Positions 9,453-20,330 of a stretch of 64,000 nucleotides of DNA are shown here, piece by piece. The notes under the pieces are model-generated. The model was not told the DNA's origin and did no database searches. It was given only the letters and a program-made list of their open reading frames with translations. The stretch comes from an uncultured Methanoregulaceae archaeon (GTDB lineage: Archaea; Halobacteriota; Methanomicrobia; Methanomicrobiales; Methanospirillaceae), in contig CAVTTL010000001.1 in the NCBI GenBank assembly GCA_963737635.1, positions 288,001 through 352,000 of the forward strand. Reading direction: 5' to 3'. Position numbers and translations under genes: made by a program. Position 1 is the first letter of the stretch. The number at the start of each line of letters is the position of its first letter.

Positions 9453-10696
9453 GGGAACGTTCCGTCGCCGTTTTTGCGGGGTAGGTACACGTAGCGGTAC
9501 CCGAGGAACCCAAGGACACAAAGAACAATAATACCGAAGATCAGGGTCCCGGAAGTATCGGCAGGAGGCACCCGGAGGGTCATGGGCAGGGTAAACGTAT
9601 GATCGCCCATATCGTCCGTGTAATTGACGGTGAGGTTATACGGGTACGTGCCGCCTTTCATATTTTCAATCAGGAAGAGTGCCGGTGCATCGTCGCCCGG
9701 TTTGATCTTCCCGATAAATGCCTGTTTTGTTCCCTCCGCAGGGAGGTCCACGGTTGCCGAGACCTTTTTGGCATCACCGGTGCCGGTGTTTTCGATCCGT
9801 ATAGTAAGATCAAACGGCGTTGCTTCGGCAAGCGGCGAGGGATTGGTATCCACGGAAACGATGCCCAGTTCGGCCTTTCCTTCTAATACCAGATCGATAC
9901 TCGAGGGCTGCGTTACCGGCGTACCATCGATGGTCTTATAGCTGATTGTCACCGGGACCTGGATGAGGCCGGGGTTTGTCTGCTTATCCGAGAGGAGGAC
10001 TACGTTGACTGATTTCTGGTCGCTTGCGTTGAGGCGCCCGAGGTCATAGGTATCGGTATATTCAGGCGCAATGTCAGTACTCACATTGGCTATTTTCAGG
10101 GTAATGTCATCGGCGAGGAGCAGGCCGGCGTTGCTCAACGTCAGCGTTACCGGGATATCATCGCCCGGGTTGACCGTCCCGTTGATGTCACTGTTCAGGA
10201 TGAGGATCGCCTGTTTCTGGATGCCGACTGCCGTATCGACGTTCACGGGGATCGGGTACTTCGTGCTCTGGCCGCCAAGAGTGTCGATCCAGATCTCCGG
10301 GTAATATAACCCGGGCTGGTCCGGGGCCTGGATCGAGAACGTAAGGGGAAGTGCCTGGCCGGGACCAAGAGCGCCCACCCGGTTGAAATCCTGGGTCAGG
10401 ACGGTGATACCGTTTCCTTCGAGATGAACATTTTCGATATTGACGTTGAAGTCATTGGTCCGGACCTGGGTATACGTTGTCGACTGGAGCTCCCCGGACT
10501 CCTGGGTGACAGACGCACTTTGGGCAGTATTATTCACCATGATACTAATGGTGCCAAAGCTGCCCGGCATAAGGACGGACGGGTTCACCTTGAAGCTGCC
10601 GATGGTTGCGGTGGGTATATCGTCGGCATAGACCATGGGTGCGACCATGATCACAAGAGCAAACAGGAGGACAGGTACGAAGATACAGGATCTCAT
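9434..10696 (-). CDS. COG1361 S-layer-like (CARDB) anchored protein of the ABC exporter
   Basis: Signal peptide, Ig-like repeats (IRIENTGTGDAK), C-terminal TM; usual partner of this ABC type. Confidence 0.85.
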   Translation of the reverse strand: MRSCIFVPVLLFALVIMVAPMVYADDIPTATIGSFKVNPSVLMPGSFGTISIMVNNTAQSASVTQESGELQSTTYTQVRTNDFNVNIENVHLEGNGITVLTQDFNRVGALGPGQALPLTFSIQAPDQPGLYYPEIWIDTLGGQSTKYPIPVNVDTAVGIQKQAILILNSDINGTVNPGDDIPVTLTLSNAGLLLADDITLKIANVSTDIAPEYTDTYDLGRLNASDQKSVNVVLLSDKQTNPGLIQVPVTISYKTIDGTPVTQPSSIDLVLEGKAELGIVSVDTNPSPLAEATPFDLTIRIENTGTGDAKKVSATVDLPAEGTKQAFIGKIKPGDDAPALFLIENMKGGTYPYNLTVNYTDDMGDHTFTLPMTLRVPPADTSGTLIFGIIVLCVLGFLGYRYVYLPRKNGDGTFPWVKKN

Positions 10697-10802
10697 GGTT
10701 TCATTTCCGTTTTTCTGGATGGATACACATCTAGATGCATGTCAATATCTGGATGTTGACACTATAAAGTTGTTTCATCAATTTTAGAATGCAGCTTCCC
10801 TG

Positions 10803-10891
10803 TATACCAAGGAATAACGATTCACCAAGAAATATTAAATACCCAAAGTTATAAAACTTACCAAGAGTATAGTAAGAATACCCATAGTATA
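10803..10891. promoter_or_regulatory. Array of ATAC-N5-GTAT-like sites, probable TetR operators
   Basis: ATACCCATAGTAT, TTACCAAGAGTAT, ATACCCAAAGTTAT and two weaker copies at 17-20 bp spacing between the divergent ABC operon and tetR. Confidence 0.5.
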
Positions 10892-10932
10892 AGACACAAA
10901 TTTGCATTTTTAGAGGATTCGCGCGAAAATCC

Positions 10933-11517
10933 ATGCCACGGATTATCCAGGAATACCGGGAAGAAGTCAGGAAAAAGATCGTCGATACAGCGTACGGCCT
11001 CACCATAGAGAAAGGGTACAGTGGTACCACTATGGAAGAAATAGCCCGGAGGCTTGGCGTAACAAAACCAGCGCTCTATCAGTATTTCTCCGGAAAAGAG
11101 GACCTCTATGCTGCGGTTACCGAGAAGTGCAGGCAGGAACTCACCGGGCTGCTCGAGCGTTCGTACCGGAACCGGAATATCGCAGAAGGGAGTGCCGCCC
11201 TCTTCGAAGAGCTGGCTGAGTACGTGCCCCGGTTCAATGACATGTATGCTGAGACACTCCTGCTTGCCTCCCACAACGAGAAGCTGCGGGACCTGCTCCG
11301 GCAGGATCGCAAAGAAGATCTCCGCCTCGTCCAACAGTTCATCGTCCGGAAACAGGAAGAGGGGCTGGTCTCCCGGACACGGGATCCCCGGACCCTCGCC
11401 ATCGCCTGCGACGCCTTAATCAACGGACTCCTTATAGATATCATGATGGGACTGGACAAGAATGAGGCAAAAGAGATCTGGGTCTCGACACTGGAGCATA
11501 TGATCCAGGCTGATTAG
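10933..11517 (+). CDS. TetR/AcrR family transcriptional regulator
   Basis: GYSGTTMEEIARRLGVTKPALYQYFSGKEDL. Confidence 0.95.
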   Translation: MPRIIQEYREEVRKKIVDTAYGLTIEKGYSGTTMEEIARRLGVTKPALYQYFSGKEDLYAAVTEKCRQELTGLLERSYRNRNIAEGSAALFEELAEYVPRFNDMYAETLLLASHNEKLRDLLRQDRKEDLRLVQQFIVRKQEEGLVSRTRDPRTLAIACDALINGLLIDIMMGLDKNEAKEIWVSTLEHMIQAD

Positions 11518-11584
11518 GTTTTTCAATTCGTCATTATGCGCCGGATACCTCAGGCAGGTATGATCGTTGTCCTGTTGGTTTTAC

Positions 11585-12013
11585 TCACCCTTTCACCAGC
11601 AGGACCATGCAGTCTGCCGTATGGATAACACTCTCGGCGACACTGCCCATGAAAAATCTCTCAAAACCGCTCTTGCTCCGGGAACCGATAACGATGAGAT
11701 CGATCGTGTTTTTTACGGCAAAATCCGTGATTACCTGCGCCGGCTTGCCGGACAGCACAACGGTCTCCAGAGGCAGTTCCCCTGCCATCTGTTTTACCTG
11801 TGCTACGGCTTTTTCCCCTTCGCCTTTTAACTGTGAATACAGGCTTTCAGGTACCAGCTCTGCCTGCGCTGACGTAAACAGGGTTTCGTCGATTACATAA
11901 ATGACAACGAGGGCAGATCCGCAGGCCCGGGCTATCTCCAGCCCTTTTTTTACTGCCGCTTTATTCTTCTCCGATCCGTCCGTTGCTATCAGGATTCTTC
12001 CAAAGAGTTTCAT
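11585..12013 (-). CDS. Universal stress protein
   Basis: ILIATDGS...DLIVIGSR...MGSVAESVI. Confidence 0.95.
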   Translation of the reverse strand: MKLFGRILIATDGSEKNKAAVKKGLEIARACGSALVVIYVIDETLFTSAQAELVPESLYSQLKGEGEKAVAQVKQMAGELPLETVVLSGKPAQVITDFAVKNTIDLIVIGSRSKSGFERFFMGSVAESVIHTADCMVLLVKG

Positions 12014-12170
12014 GTCTGTTTCACCGTGAAATGCCGGATGTACAGCAGACTTTGTATGCTATCCGGTTTTTTCTTTTTGCACCGGTCTGAATGCCGAAAA
12101 GTCTTCGAGCCAGGTACTGCTACAGGGAAAATAATTTCTGCAAAAAAGATTTTCCCCGAGTGTTGATCAC

Positions 12171-13617
12171 TTATTTTCCTGTCGGTAAATTCCGGTACCA
12201 TCCCTGGGGATCGGTACGGCTGAACACCGGTTTAAAATAACTGTGGTACAGCCCGAACAGCACCGATTTCAGCATACCGGGCCGCTTGAATATATATCCG
12301 GGGCGAAGGTAGAACCGCAGGTATGCCTCCTGGAGCTTGCGGGAGACCTGCCCCGAGGTCAACCCGAATGCTTCGTACCGGATGACGGGATTGGTTACGG
12401 TATAGTTATCCCAGTCTTCGGTGGCAAGAAGATTGTTCTCCTTTAAGTCCCGGTAGATGGGGGTCCCGGGGTAGGGGGTAAGGATAGTAAACTGCGCATA
12501 ATCGGGGTCGAGACGGATCGCAAAATCGATCGTTGCCGTCATATCGTCGTATGTTTCCCCCGGGTACCCGAGCATAAACGAAGTGAGTACGCCGATCCCG
12601 CAGTCCTTTGCAGTCCTGACGGCATCCTCCGCCATGGATAACGAGATTCGTTTGTTCATCAGATCCAGGGTTCTTAACGATCCGGATTCAACACCGTAAT
12701 AGATAGTCGACATCCCGGCCTTTTTTAATTCACTGAGAATATCGTGATTGACCTCGTTGACCCGGGACGATGCGACAAAGGAGATATCGAGTCCTCTCGA
12801 CTGTATTTCACGGGCGATTGCACGTGCCCGGGACCGGTCGAGCATAAAATTGTCATCAAGGAACTCAAAGTTCTTGACCTGGTATTTCACGGCGAGTTCC
12901 TCTATCTCGTCAACCACGTTCGCGGGTGACCGGGCCCGGAACCTCCCCCCCATGAGGTGTGAGGAAGAGCAGTAATTGCAGGCAAACGTGCAGCCACGGC
13001 TGGTGATCATAAATCCGGCCCCTCCATCCTGGTTAAACAACCTGTACTGGCTGAAAGGGACGAGGTGCCGGGCGGGGAAGGGGAGGGTGTCCAGGTCCTG
13101 GATCAGGGGTCGGGCCCGGGTGACCACAATGCGTTCTCTCTCTCTGTCCTTCTGCCGGTACGCAATGCCCCGGACTGTTTCCGGCCAGCGGGGATCGTCT
13201 GGTTTAAATGACCGGGCCAGATCGGCGACCGTCTCCTCACCTTCCCCAATAACGACGGCGTCGAGTTCCCGGCATGCAGCCAGGGTCTCTGCCGGGAGAA
13301 AGGTGACATGCGGCCCACCGATGAAAATAAAGCAGTCCGATAGCATATCGCGAATTTTCCTGACGTACTGGAACGCCTTTGAGAGGGTCGCGGTCGTGGC
13401 AGTCAGGCCCACAAGGTCCGGGCGCAGCCCCTGAATGATCCCGGCTGACGTTATCCGGCGTGGCATTGAGAAGATTCGCATCGATGATAGCAGCAGAGAA
13501 CCCCGCTTTTTCAACCGCGCCGGCGAGATACATGAGGTTCAGGGGCGGCGCTTTGAGGCCGAGTCCCCGGGCTGCCAGCGATGAATCCTGGGGATTGACA
13601 AAGACGACCCGGGTCAT
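12171..13617 (-). CDS. B12-binding radical SAM protein (joined across a +1 frameshift near 13441); candidate GMGT methylase
   Basis: PPLNLMYLA, GGPHVT, GEGE, TSRGCTFACNYC, YYGVESGS; ORFs 13237-13617 and 12171-13514 join if one G is removed. Confidence 0.85.
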
Positions 13618-15099
13618 AGTGTCTTCACCACGGGAGAACGTTCCTTACCCACGTGCCTGTTCTCACGGGAACCGGCCGCTCCGTGCCTGAGGGTTTCCCA
13701 GGCATTCTGGTTGTTTATACATCCCGGATCGGGGGCGCCAAGATCCTGGAAATAGGCCCATGCCCGTGCCCTGCACCCGCCACAGATATACCGGTCCGTG
13801 CACGTGCCGCAGGAACCGGTCAGGTGGTCGCGGTCCCGCAATTTTTTGAGCACCGGTGCCGTATGCCAGATATCAAGGAATCGCTGGTCCCGGATATTCC
13901 CGACTTTGACGGGCATGAAAACACAGGGCTGGATATCACCCTGCGGTTCGATGCTGCAGTAGAGCCGGCCGGCTCCGCACCCGCCGATAAAATCGGCAAG
14001 CATCCGGGTCCTGCCATTGAGTTCGGTGCCAAGATGGAAATGCCCCACCGGTACTCCTGCACCCGCATCTTCCTCGAGGGCGACCCGGGCAAACTGCGGA
14101 GCAGTGGAAAGCACGACGGGCGAGTGCCCCGGCCTGTTTTGTGCCAGAACAAACCTGAGGAGGTCCTCGCGCTCGCAGGGAGTTATGTCCTTGTCCGCCA
14201 TGTCCACACCCCGCCCGGTGGGAATAAAATTGAAACAGACGACGCGGGTCACTAAAAGGTCTTCCGCGAGCTTGTGGATCTCCGGCACCTGGTCATAGTT
14301 GTCCTGCGTCACCGTCGTGGCAATACAGGTATAGATATCCTTATCGATGCAGTTTCTGATCCCGGCAACACTGCGGTTGAAGGCCCCCTCAATACCCCGC
14401 ATGGCATCGTGATGCGCCGCATCTTTACCGTCAAGGGAGATCTCCACATAGTCCACTCCGGCTTCTTTAAGCCTGCCGGGCAACCTCCGGGGTGATCAGC
14501 GTCCCGTTGCTCGCCAGTGCTACATACATATCGTAATGACGGGCAAAGGCGGCGATCTCGAAAAAATCTTTTCTCATGAGAGGCTCGCCCCCGGAAAATG
14601 CGATGACGACGACACCCGCGTCTGCCAGTTCCCGGATCAGGTCTTTGGCCTCCTCGGTACCCAGTTCATCCGGAAGGGCCTGCTGGGCGTCCTGGTAGCA
14701 GTGTTTGCATTGCAGGTTACACTTGTGGGTGAAATCCCAGACCACGAGAAAGGGCGCGTTGATCATCTGGGGCCGGGTGACGCCGTACCGTGCAATACCG
14801 TTAAGGACATTCATGATACCCCGTTTGAACACCGGGTTCTCCAATGACCTCCTGAAATCCTTATTATTGACCCCAAACAGGAAACTGCCTTTCCGGAACG
14901 TGTGCCCGACAACGTTCCCGGCCAGCCTGCATTTCCAGCAGAGCGGTTTTTTCCGGCCAAGATAGTAATCAATCCCATTCGACAACCGGTCTCCGCATTC
15001 GTCGTGGGATACGACAAACTGGAGGAATGCACGCGAGACCGGGTTGCCGATCCACCGCTCGACACCAGCCATGGCAGACGATACGTCTTCTGACATCAC
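13614..15099 (-). CDS. Radical SAM/SPASM protein (joined across a +1 frameshift near 14479); candidate GMGT synthase
   Basis: CNLQCKHC, FSGGEPL, GGCGAGRLYC, PCVF, CGTCTDRYICGGCRARA; ~110-aa N-terminal extension. Confidence 0.85.
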
Positions 15100-15298
15100 G
15101 ACACCTCAGGTATGAACTCCCGTGGCGGGTGCATTACCGATTCTCATTATATAAGAATTCCCCTGATTTCTAAAACGAATGTCACCGCGTGAAACAGAGA
15201 ATCGAAAAAGAAATACCATTAAGGAAAGATTCCCAGCGTAACGTCGTGCCTTCTGACGGCTCGAGACGCACAGAACGGTTTTGGAAAAAAGAAAACGA

Positions 15299-16213
15299 TC
15301 AGGGTCCGTTCAAGGTTGCTTCCGGAACGGTCACGTTCTCCGTACTGTTGCCGACGGGTGACCCTGACCCGGAAGCCGCGATGGGCGCCACGACGTCCAG
15401 GTTCCCGTACGGGATCGATGTAGAATCTGTCGTGATCAGGGTGCCATCCTGGTAGACATTGACGGTCAGGTTGTCCCCGGACCCGTCATTTTTACTGACC
15501 GATGCAATAACATAACGATAATTCATCATCAGTACCCGGTAGAATTGATCCCCGGTGTTTGGTTTCGTCTGCAGGCTGCCAGAGAGCATCTGCTGGGTCG
15601 CCGGCGTCCCCACGGATCCTGAATAATACCGGTCATAATTGATCTCCACCCAGACCCCTGAGGACGGTATAAGTGTTGGTGTTGGTGTCGGTATCGGTGT
15701 GGGCGTCGGTGTCAGCACAACAACCGGGGTCGCTACCGGGGTCGGAACGGTTGTGGGTGCCGGAGTGGGGGTCACCTGCTGAGGGAAGAAGCCGCCAGAG
15801 CCCTGCGCATGCTTCATGACGATAATTCCGGCAGCGGCAACGATAAGGATCACAAGAACTATTCCCACAAAAAAGAGGGGGCGCTTTCGTGCCGGTGTTC
15901 CCTGGGGCAGGGAGGGCCCGGATGGGGCTGGGGCAGGAGGCTTGGTTCCCTGATCATCGAGAAGCCCAACAACGATTTTTTTTGCTTTCTTTGCATTTTC
16001 ATAACCGGGACTGATCGTTAACGCCCTCTGGATAGACTGATAGGCATCCTGATAGTTGCCGGTCTGGATCAGAGATAAGCCGCGGTTGTTCCATGCCTCA
16101 GCCAAGGATGAATCCAGCGCTATGGCCTTATCAAAAGCAGCTATTGCACGGCGGTAATCGCCCTTTTCGTAAAGGGCCACACCTTGTTTGAACCATGTTT
16201 GAGCATCATCCAT
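15299..16213 (-). CDS. Tetratricopeptide repeat membrane protein
   Basis: TPRs (AWNNRGLSL), single TM, Pro/Thr linker, extracellular beta domain. Confidence 0.85.
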   Translation of the reverse strand: MDDAQTWFKQGVALYEKGDYRRAIAAFDKAIALDSSLAEAWNNRGLSLIQTGNYQDAYQSIQRALTISPGYENAKKAKKIVVGLLDDQGTKPPAPAPSGPSLPQGTPARKRPLFFVGIVLVILIVAAAGIIVMKHAQGSGGFFPQQVTPTPAPTTVPTPVATPVVVLTPTPTPIPTPTPTLIPSSGVWVEINYDRYYSGSVGTPATQQMLSGSLQTKPNTGDQFYRVLMMNYRYVIASVSKNDGSGDNLTVNVYQDGTLITTDSTSIPYGNLDVVAPIAASGSGSPVGNSTENVTVPEATLNGP

Positions 16214-16400
16214 ATGGTTAAAAAGCATTTATTGAATATAGGGATTCCTACATTGAATTCCCGGATCATGAGAATAGTTTGCCCGGCACGCAAAAATCTT
16301 GTGTTATTATGAGGCACGGGTTTTTCTCTTCAACAGGTACGGCGATCGGGGTGGTCACCTGAAGCATAGTTTCATAACCTCATAAACGAGAGCTGAAAAC

Positions 16401-16673
16401 ATGGATCCTGGCGATACCCTGGTCACGTTAAAGATACCGACCGCATTGATTGAGAAACTGGATACCGTTGCAAAACTTAAGTATCTCAACCGGGAGGATG
16501 TGATTATCGATGCGTGCGCTTATTATTGCCAGTTCTATGATATGCGGAGCGAAGAATTTCCGGCAACGATGCGGAGTGTTTTTTTCAATCTTGCCCGTCA
16601 TGACGACGAATTCCGTAAACTGTTGCGCCAGGTAGTACAGGAAAACCCGATCGCCGATATCAACAATCAATAA
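16401..16673 (+). CDS. Ribbon-helix-helix (CopG-like) protein
   Basis: VTLKIPTALIEKLDTVAK...NREDVIIDA. Confidence 0.7.
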   Translation: MDPGDTLVTLKIPTALIEKLDTVAKLKYLNREDVIIDACAYYCQFYDMRSEEFPATMRSVFFNLARHDDEFRKLLRQVVQENPIADINNQ

Positions 16674-16786
16674 CCTTTTCTTTTTTCGCATAGCCGGATT
16701 CCGGGTTCCCAGACCTGACCAGATACCACCGCCGGGAAAGATATCCTTAAAAACCACCCTCGCATACAGGAAACCGGTGAAAACCT

Positions 16787-17347
16787 ATGGATAAGGTAAC
16801 TCTCGGCCCGATGCCGTATATGAGTGTCATGCCCACGGTTCTCGTAGGCGCAAACGTAAAAGGGAAAGCAAATTATATGACCGCTGCATGGGCCTCAGTA
16901 GCCTGTATGGTACCGCCGATGGTGTGTGTAGCGATCAACAAAGCTCGGTATACTGCATCAGGGATAACAGAAAACAAGACGTTCAGCCTCAACATTCCCT
17001 CTGCCCACCAGGTGATCGAGACCGACCATTGCGGCCTTGTCTCCGGGACGCAGGTGGACAAAACCGGGGTATTCCGGTCGTTCTATGGCAAGCTCAAGAA
17101 CGCTCCCCTTGCAGAAGAATGCCCGGTGAACATCGAATGCAGGCTGTTTAAAACGGTGGACTGCGGAAGTCATCTCCTGATTATCGGTGAAGTTGCGGAG
17201 ATCCATGCCGACGCATCCTGCCTGACAGACGGAAAACCGGACACTACGAAAATTAATCCGATGGTCTATGCCCAGGCCACCTATTTCGAAGTGGGAAAAG
17301 AGATTGAGAAAGCGTTCTCTGCCGGGAAGAAGTATCATAAGAAGTAA
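16787..17347 (+). CDS. Flavin reductase / flavoredoxin family protein
   Basis: NYMTAAW, FSLNIPS, CGLVSG, ECPVNIEC, GSHLLIIGEV. Confidence 0.92.
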   Translation: MDKVTLGPMPYMSVMPTVLVGANVKGKANYMTAAWASVACMVPPMVCVAINKARYTASGITENKTFSLNIPSAHQVIETDHCGLVSGTQVDKTGVFRSFYGKLKNAPLAEECPVNIECRLFKTVDCGSHLLIIGEVAEIHADASCLTDGKPDTTKINPMVYAQATYFEVGKEIEKAFSAGKKYHKK

Positions 17348-17449
17348 ACCCGGAAGCTCTTTTTTGGGCCCCTTTTTTCCATCAACACTTTTTTAAGGAT
17401 AGAAACAGTAAAACACCACAGAGAGAACTGTACGGCAGATGAATACCTT

Positions 17450-17599
17450 ATGCTGGCCGACCATGCCTACCTGTCCCTGGTAATTCCGCCACAGGAGCGG
17501 ATCCTGCTTGCAGTTGCCCTTTTCTGCATTGCAGCCGTACTCGGCTATTTTTTGGTAAAAGCGCTCCTGTACTCTGCGGAGCACGAACCCGGCCAATAA
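17450..17599 (+). CDS. Small single-TM protein (49 aa)
   Basis: MLADHAYLSLVIPPQERILLAVALFCIAAVLGYFLVKALLYSAEHEPGQ; fills the intergenic gap; below the ORF-track cutoff. Confidence 0.5.
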   Translation: MLADHAYLSLVIPPQERILLAVALFCIAAVLGYFLVKALLYSAEHEPGQ

Positions 17600-17640
17600 T
17601 GCAGGCAGAATGGGTGAACGTACCCTGCCTTTTCACATAC

Positions 17641-18024
17641 TCAGGTGATATAACTTCGGATTTTTTTGGTTAGTGCCATTTTTCTCCGGATCTCGTTTTC
17701 CTTTTCAGTCTGGATGTGATCGATGATCTCTGCTATTGGACGGGAGAGACTGAAAATGTTCTGCGGCCGGCCGATCGATTCTGTCTTTTCGAGCCTGCTT
17801 GCAATCCAGCCCCGCGACTGGAGATACTGCATCCCGAGGCTGACCTCAGGCTGGCGGAGATCGGTCCCTCGCTCGATATCACGGGACGAGGCTTCGGGTG
17901 TGTTTGCAAGAAATACGAGCACCGTTGCAACGGTCCTGGGAACCCCTATCCTGATCAGGAGATCGGTGAATTCCACGTCCTTTTCGGTGAAATAAAGAAC
18001 TTTTGTGCCAGGCATTATATTCAC
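17641..18024 (-). CDS. Methanogen wHTH transcriptional regulator (COG4738-like)
   Basis: SSRDIERGTDLRQPEVS...GRPQNIFSL. Confidence 0.85.
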   Translation of the reverse strand: MNIMPGTKVLYFTEKDVEFTDLLIRIGVPRTVATVLVFLANTPEASSRDIERGTDLRQPEVSLGMQYLQSRGWIASRLEKTESIGRPQNIFSLSRPIAEIIDHIQTEKENEIRRKMALTKKIRSYIT

Positions 18025-18348
18025 GTTCTTTCCATTACGTGACTTTTATTTTTCATTATCTATTATATAAGTCTTGGTATAGTACCAATTGCCTATAACC
18101 GGAATATCCTGCAAACCGGCCCGGGACATTTGCCGGAAATCATCGTCACAAATACACCTGTCAGCATGAAAAGTCCTCAGGATGGCCCTGAGACCGGGAT
18201 TGCATCGGTTATTGTCTTGTGCGAGCTATGGGTTCTGCGGCATTTAATGCTCTTTTTTTCACCCGGTTCGGGGATTTAACGCATATCCACGCGTTTTCAG
18301 AGGAAGCATTAAATATCGTATCCCTGCATATCCCTATATGGAATTATT

Positions 18349-18753
18349 ATGAGCAGGGAGAAGATCAAGGTTCCAAGCAACGTGTATGAAGAGCTGGTCT
18401 CGCTTGAGCGTGAGATCCATTTCACGTTGGATACCCAGGATACCGTGAAGCGGGCTGAAGACCGGGGATATATGGCGGCTGCAAACTGGATCCGCCAGAA
18501 TGAGAACGCATACAAGGTCGGTTTCTCGTGGGGATTTGAACCCGAGGCCGAGGAACCGCACAGCACCATTCGCGATGTACCGGAACGGAGTGAACCGGTT
18601 CAGAGACGAACCGTTGCCCACCCGCCTACGCTCCAGGCCAGCCGGCCCCAGCCCCAGCCAAGCCGCTCCCCCCAGAGAAAGTCTTCCTCCAGCAGCAGCA
18701 GCAACACGGGCATCGTTGCCGGGATCAAAAACTGGATCAATAAATACTTCTGA
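18349..18753 (+). CDS. Hypothetical protein
   Basis: 134 aa, globular N-terminus, Pro/Ser-rich linker, T-rich tract after the stop. Confidence 0.65.
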   Translation: MSREKIKVPSNVYEELVSLEREIHFTLDTQDTVKRAEDRGYMAAANWIRQNENAYKVGFSWGFEPEAEEPHSTIRDVPERSEPVQRRTVAHPPTLQASRPQPQPSRSPQRKSSSSSSSNTGIVAGIKNWINKYF

Positions 18754-18847
18754 TCACCAGTCTTTTTTCACCATACATGAAGAAGACGGGCAGGAACGCT
18801 CGTCATCCAGCAATACCGTACATACAATCGACGAGGGATAACTGACC

Positions 18848-19195
18848 ATGGCACGCGAACTGAGTAACAGGGATATTGAAATCTTAAAGAAACTTGCGCC
18901 TGAATGCGGGGATCTCACCTGCGGCGGATCCGGGCACCAGTTCCACGCGATCCTTCCTCCGGTCTCCAATCATTTTGCGGAGAGTGCCGAGGATTTTACC
19001 CGGCGAATCAGCCAGCTCACCGATGAGGAACTGACCTACATCACAGAAAAGATCCTGACCGGGGAGGAAGGGCTTGGCTGTGTTGAGACCGAAGATGCAG
19101 AAGCGCTCGTAAAACTGGTCCACGACAGGATCTCACCAGAGATGGCAAAAAAAGTGATCGCCGCATACGAATCAGGTGGAGAGTGCGATCTCTGA
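18848..19195 (+). CDS. Conserved hypothetical protein
   Basis: LKKLAPEC...C...FHAILPPVSNHFA...GEEGLGC; acidic methanogen-type protein. Confidence 0.8.
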   Translation: MARELSNRDIEILKKLAPECGDLTCGGSGHQFHAILPPVSNHFAESAEDFTRRISQLTDEELTYITEKILTGEEGLGCVETEDAEALVKLVHDRISPEMAKKVIAAYESGGECDL

Positions 19196-19220
19196 TCCTA
19201 AAAACTAAGCAATCCATCCC

Positions 19221-19694
19221 ATGATCGAGACCACATCCCTGATTGCTGCCCTTGGCTCATCTGTCATAAAGACACGGCGGGATGCTGCCGCACGCCTCGG
19301 GCGATCCGGCGACCCGGCCGCGGTAATGCCACTCGTAGAGGCGCTGTGCGATACCCACCCGGTCGTCCGCCGGGAAACGGCGCTGGCGCTCGGGCGGCTG
19401 GACGACGACCGTGCCGGGCCGGGCCTTATCACGGCGCTGACCGACTCGGATCCCGAGGTCAGGGCCGGGGCGATCGCAGCGCTTGGGCGACTCCGGGACC
19501 GCCGGGCGGTCATTCCTCTCACGGGGTGCCTGAGTGACCGCGATGACCGGATCCGGGCCGGGGCGGCTGAAGTGCTGGGCAAGCTCGGCGATCCCCGGGC
19601 TATCGGGGCGCTGACCAGTGTAACGGCGGATCCCTTCGAGGGTGTCCGGGATGCTGCTTCCCGGGCCCTGATCAGGTTGGGGAAACGGAAATGA
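19221..19694 (+). CDS. HEAT/PBS lyase repeat protein
   Basis: Repeated LxDxDxxVRxxAxxALGxLxD. Confidence 0.9.
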   Translation: MIETTSLIAALGSSVIKTRRDAAARLGRSGDPAAVMPLVEALCDTHPVVRRETALALGRLDDDRAGPGLITALTDSDPEVRAGAIAALGRLRDRRAVIPLTGCLSDRDDRIRAGAAEVLGKLGDPRAIGALTSVTADPFEGVRDAASRALIRLGKRK

Positions 19695-19773
19695 CCGGCT
19701 TTAGCGTCATTGGGGCAGAGGTTATTTAATCCCGCTTCCTTTATCTAAAAGTACCCGTTCATGAGTGAGAACT

Positions 19774-20235
19774 ATGCCTGAAACCCCACCTTCTGCACAA
19801 GTACCCGTCAACCAGCCCGGTATTGAGTATATCATCAGGTTCTTTTCGCTAGTCCCGCTTGCGATGTACATCATTGTCGCTGCGCTGCTCACCATCATTG
19901 CTGTCTTCTCGATATACGACGCGGCGCAACAGGTCGTCGCAATGGTTGTCTCCGGCGATTTTGCAAACGGTCTTTTACAAGTGATTTATGCCCTCCTTCT
20001 TACGATAACCATCGTCGTGCTTTTTGAAACGGTGACCATCTATTTCCGGACCAAGCGCGTCGATGTGCGGGCGCTGTTGATTGCTGGTCTTACCGGTATG
20101 GTGCGGCATATCCTGGTCTACAACGTCACGACGACAGATGTCCCCCAGATGTTTGCGACAGTGGCCCTGCTTGCCGTTCTTATCGCCGGTATCGTGCTTA
20201 TTAAAGGTGAAGTGACTACACCCCCGGTCTGGTAG
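19774..20235 (+). CDS. PsiE family membrane protein
   Basis: Four TMs, LLTITIVVLFETV...LLIAGLTGMVRHIL. Confidence 0.8.
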   Translation: MPETPPSAQVPVNQPGIEYIIRFFSLVPLAMYIIVAALLTIIAVFSIYDAAQQVVAMVVSGDFANGLLQVIYALLLTITIVVLFETVTIYFRTKRVDVRALLIAGLTGMVRHILVYNVTTTDVPQMFATVALLAVLIAGIVLIKGEVTTPPVW

Positions 20236-20330
20236 TGAAAACAACATAAAAAATGGTTATCGGCGCTTTTTAGAAGGATGGCGAGCATTTTATTGATAGG
20301 CGATACACCAAAGGATACGGAGAAGTACGG

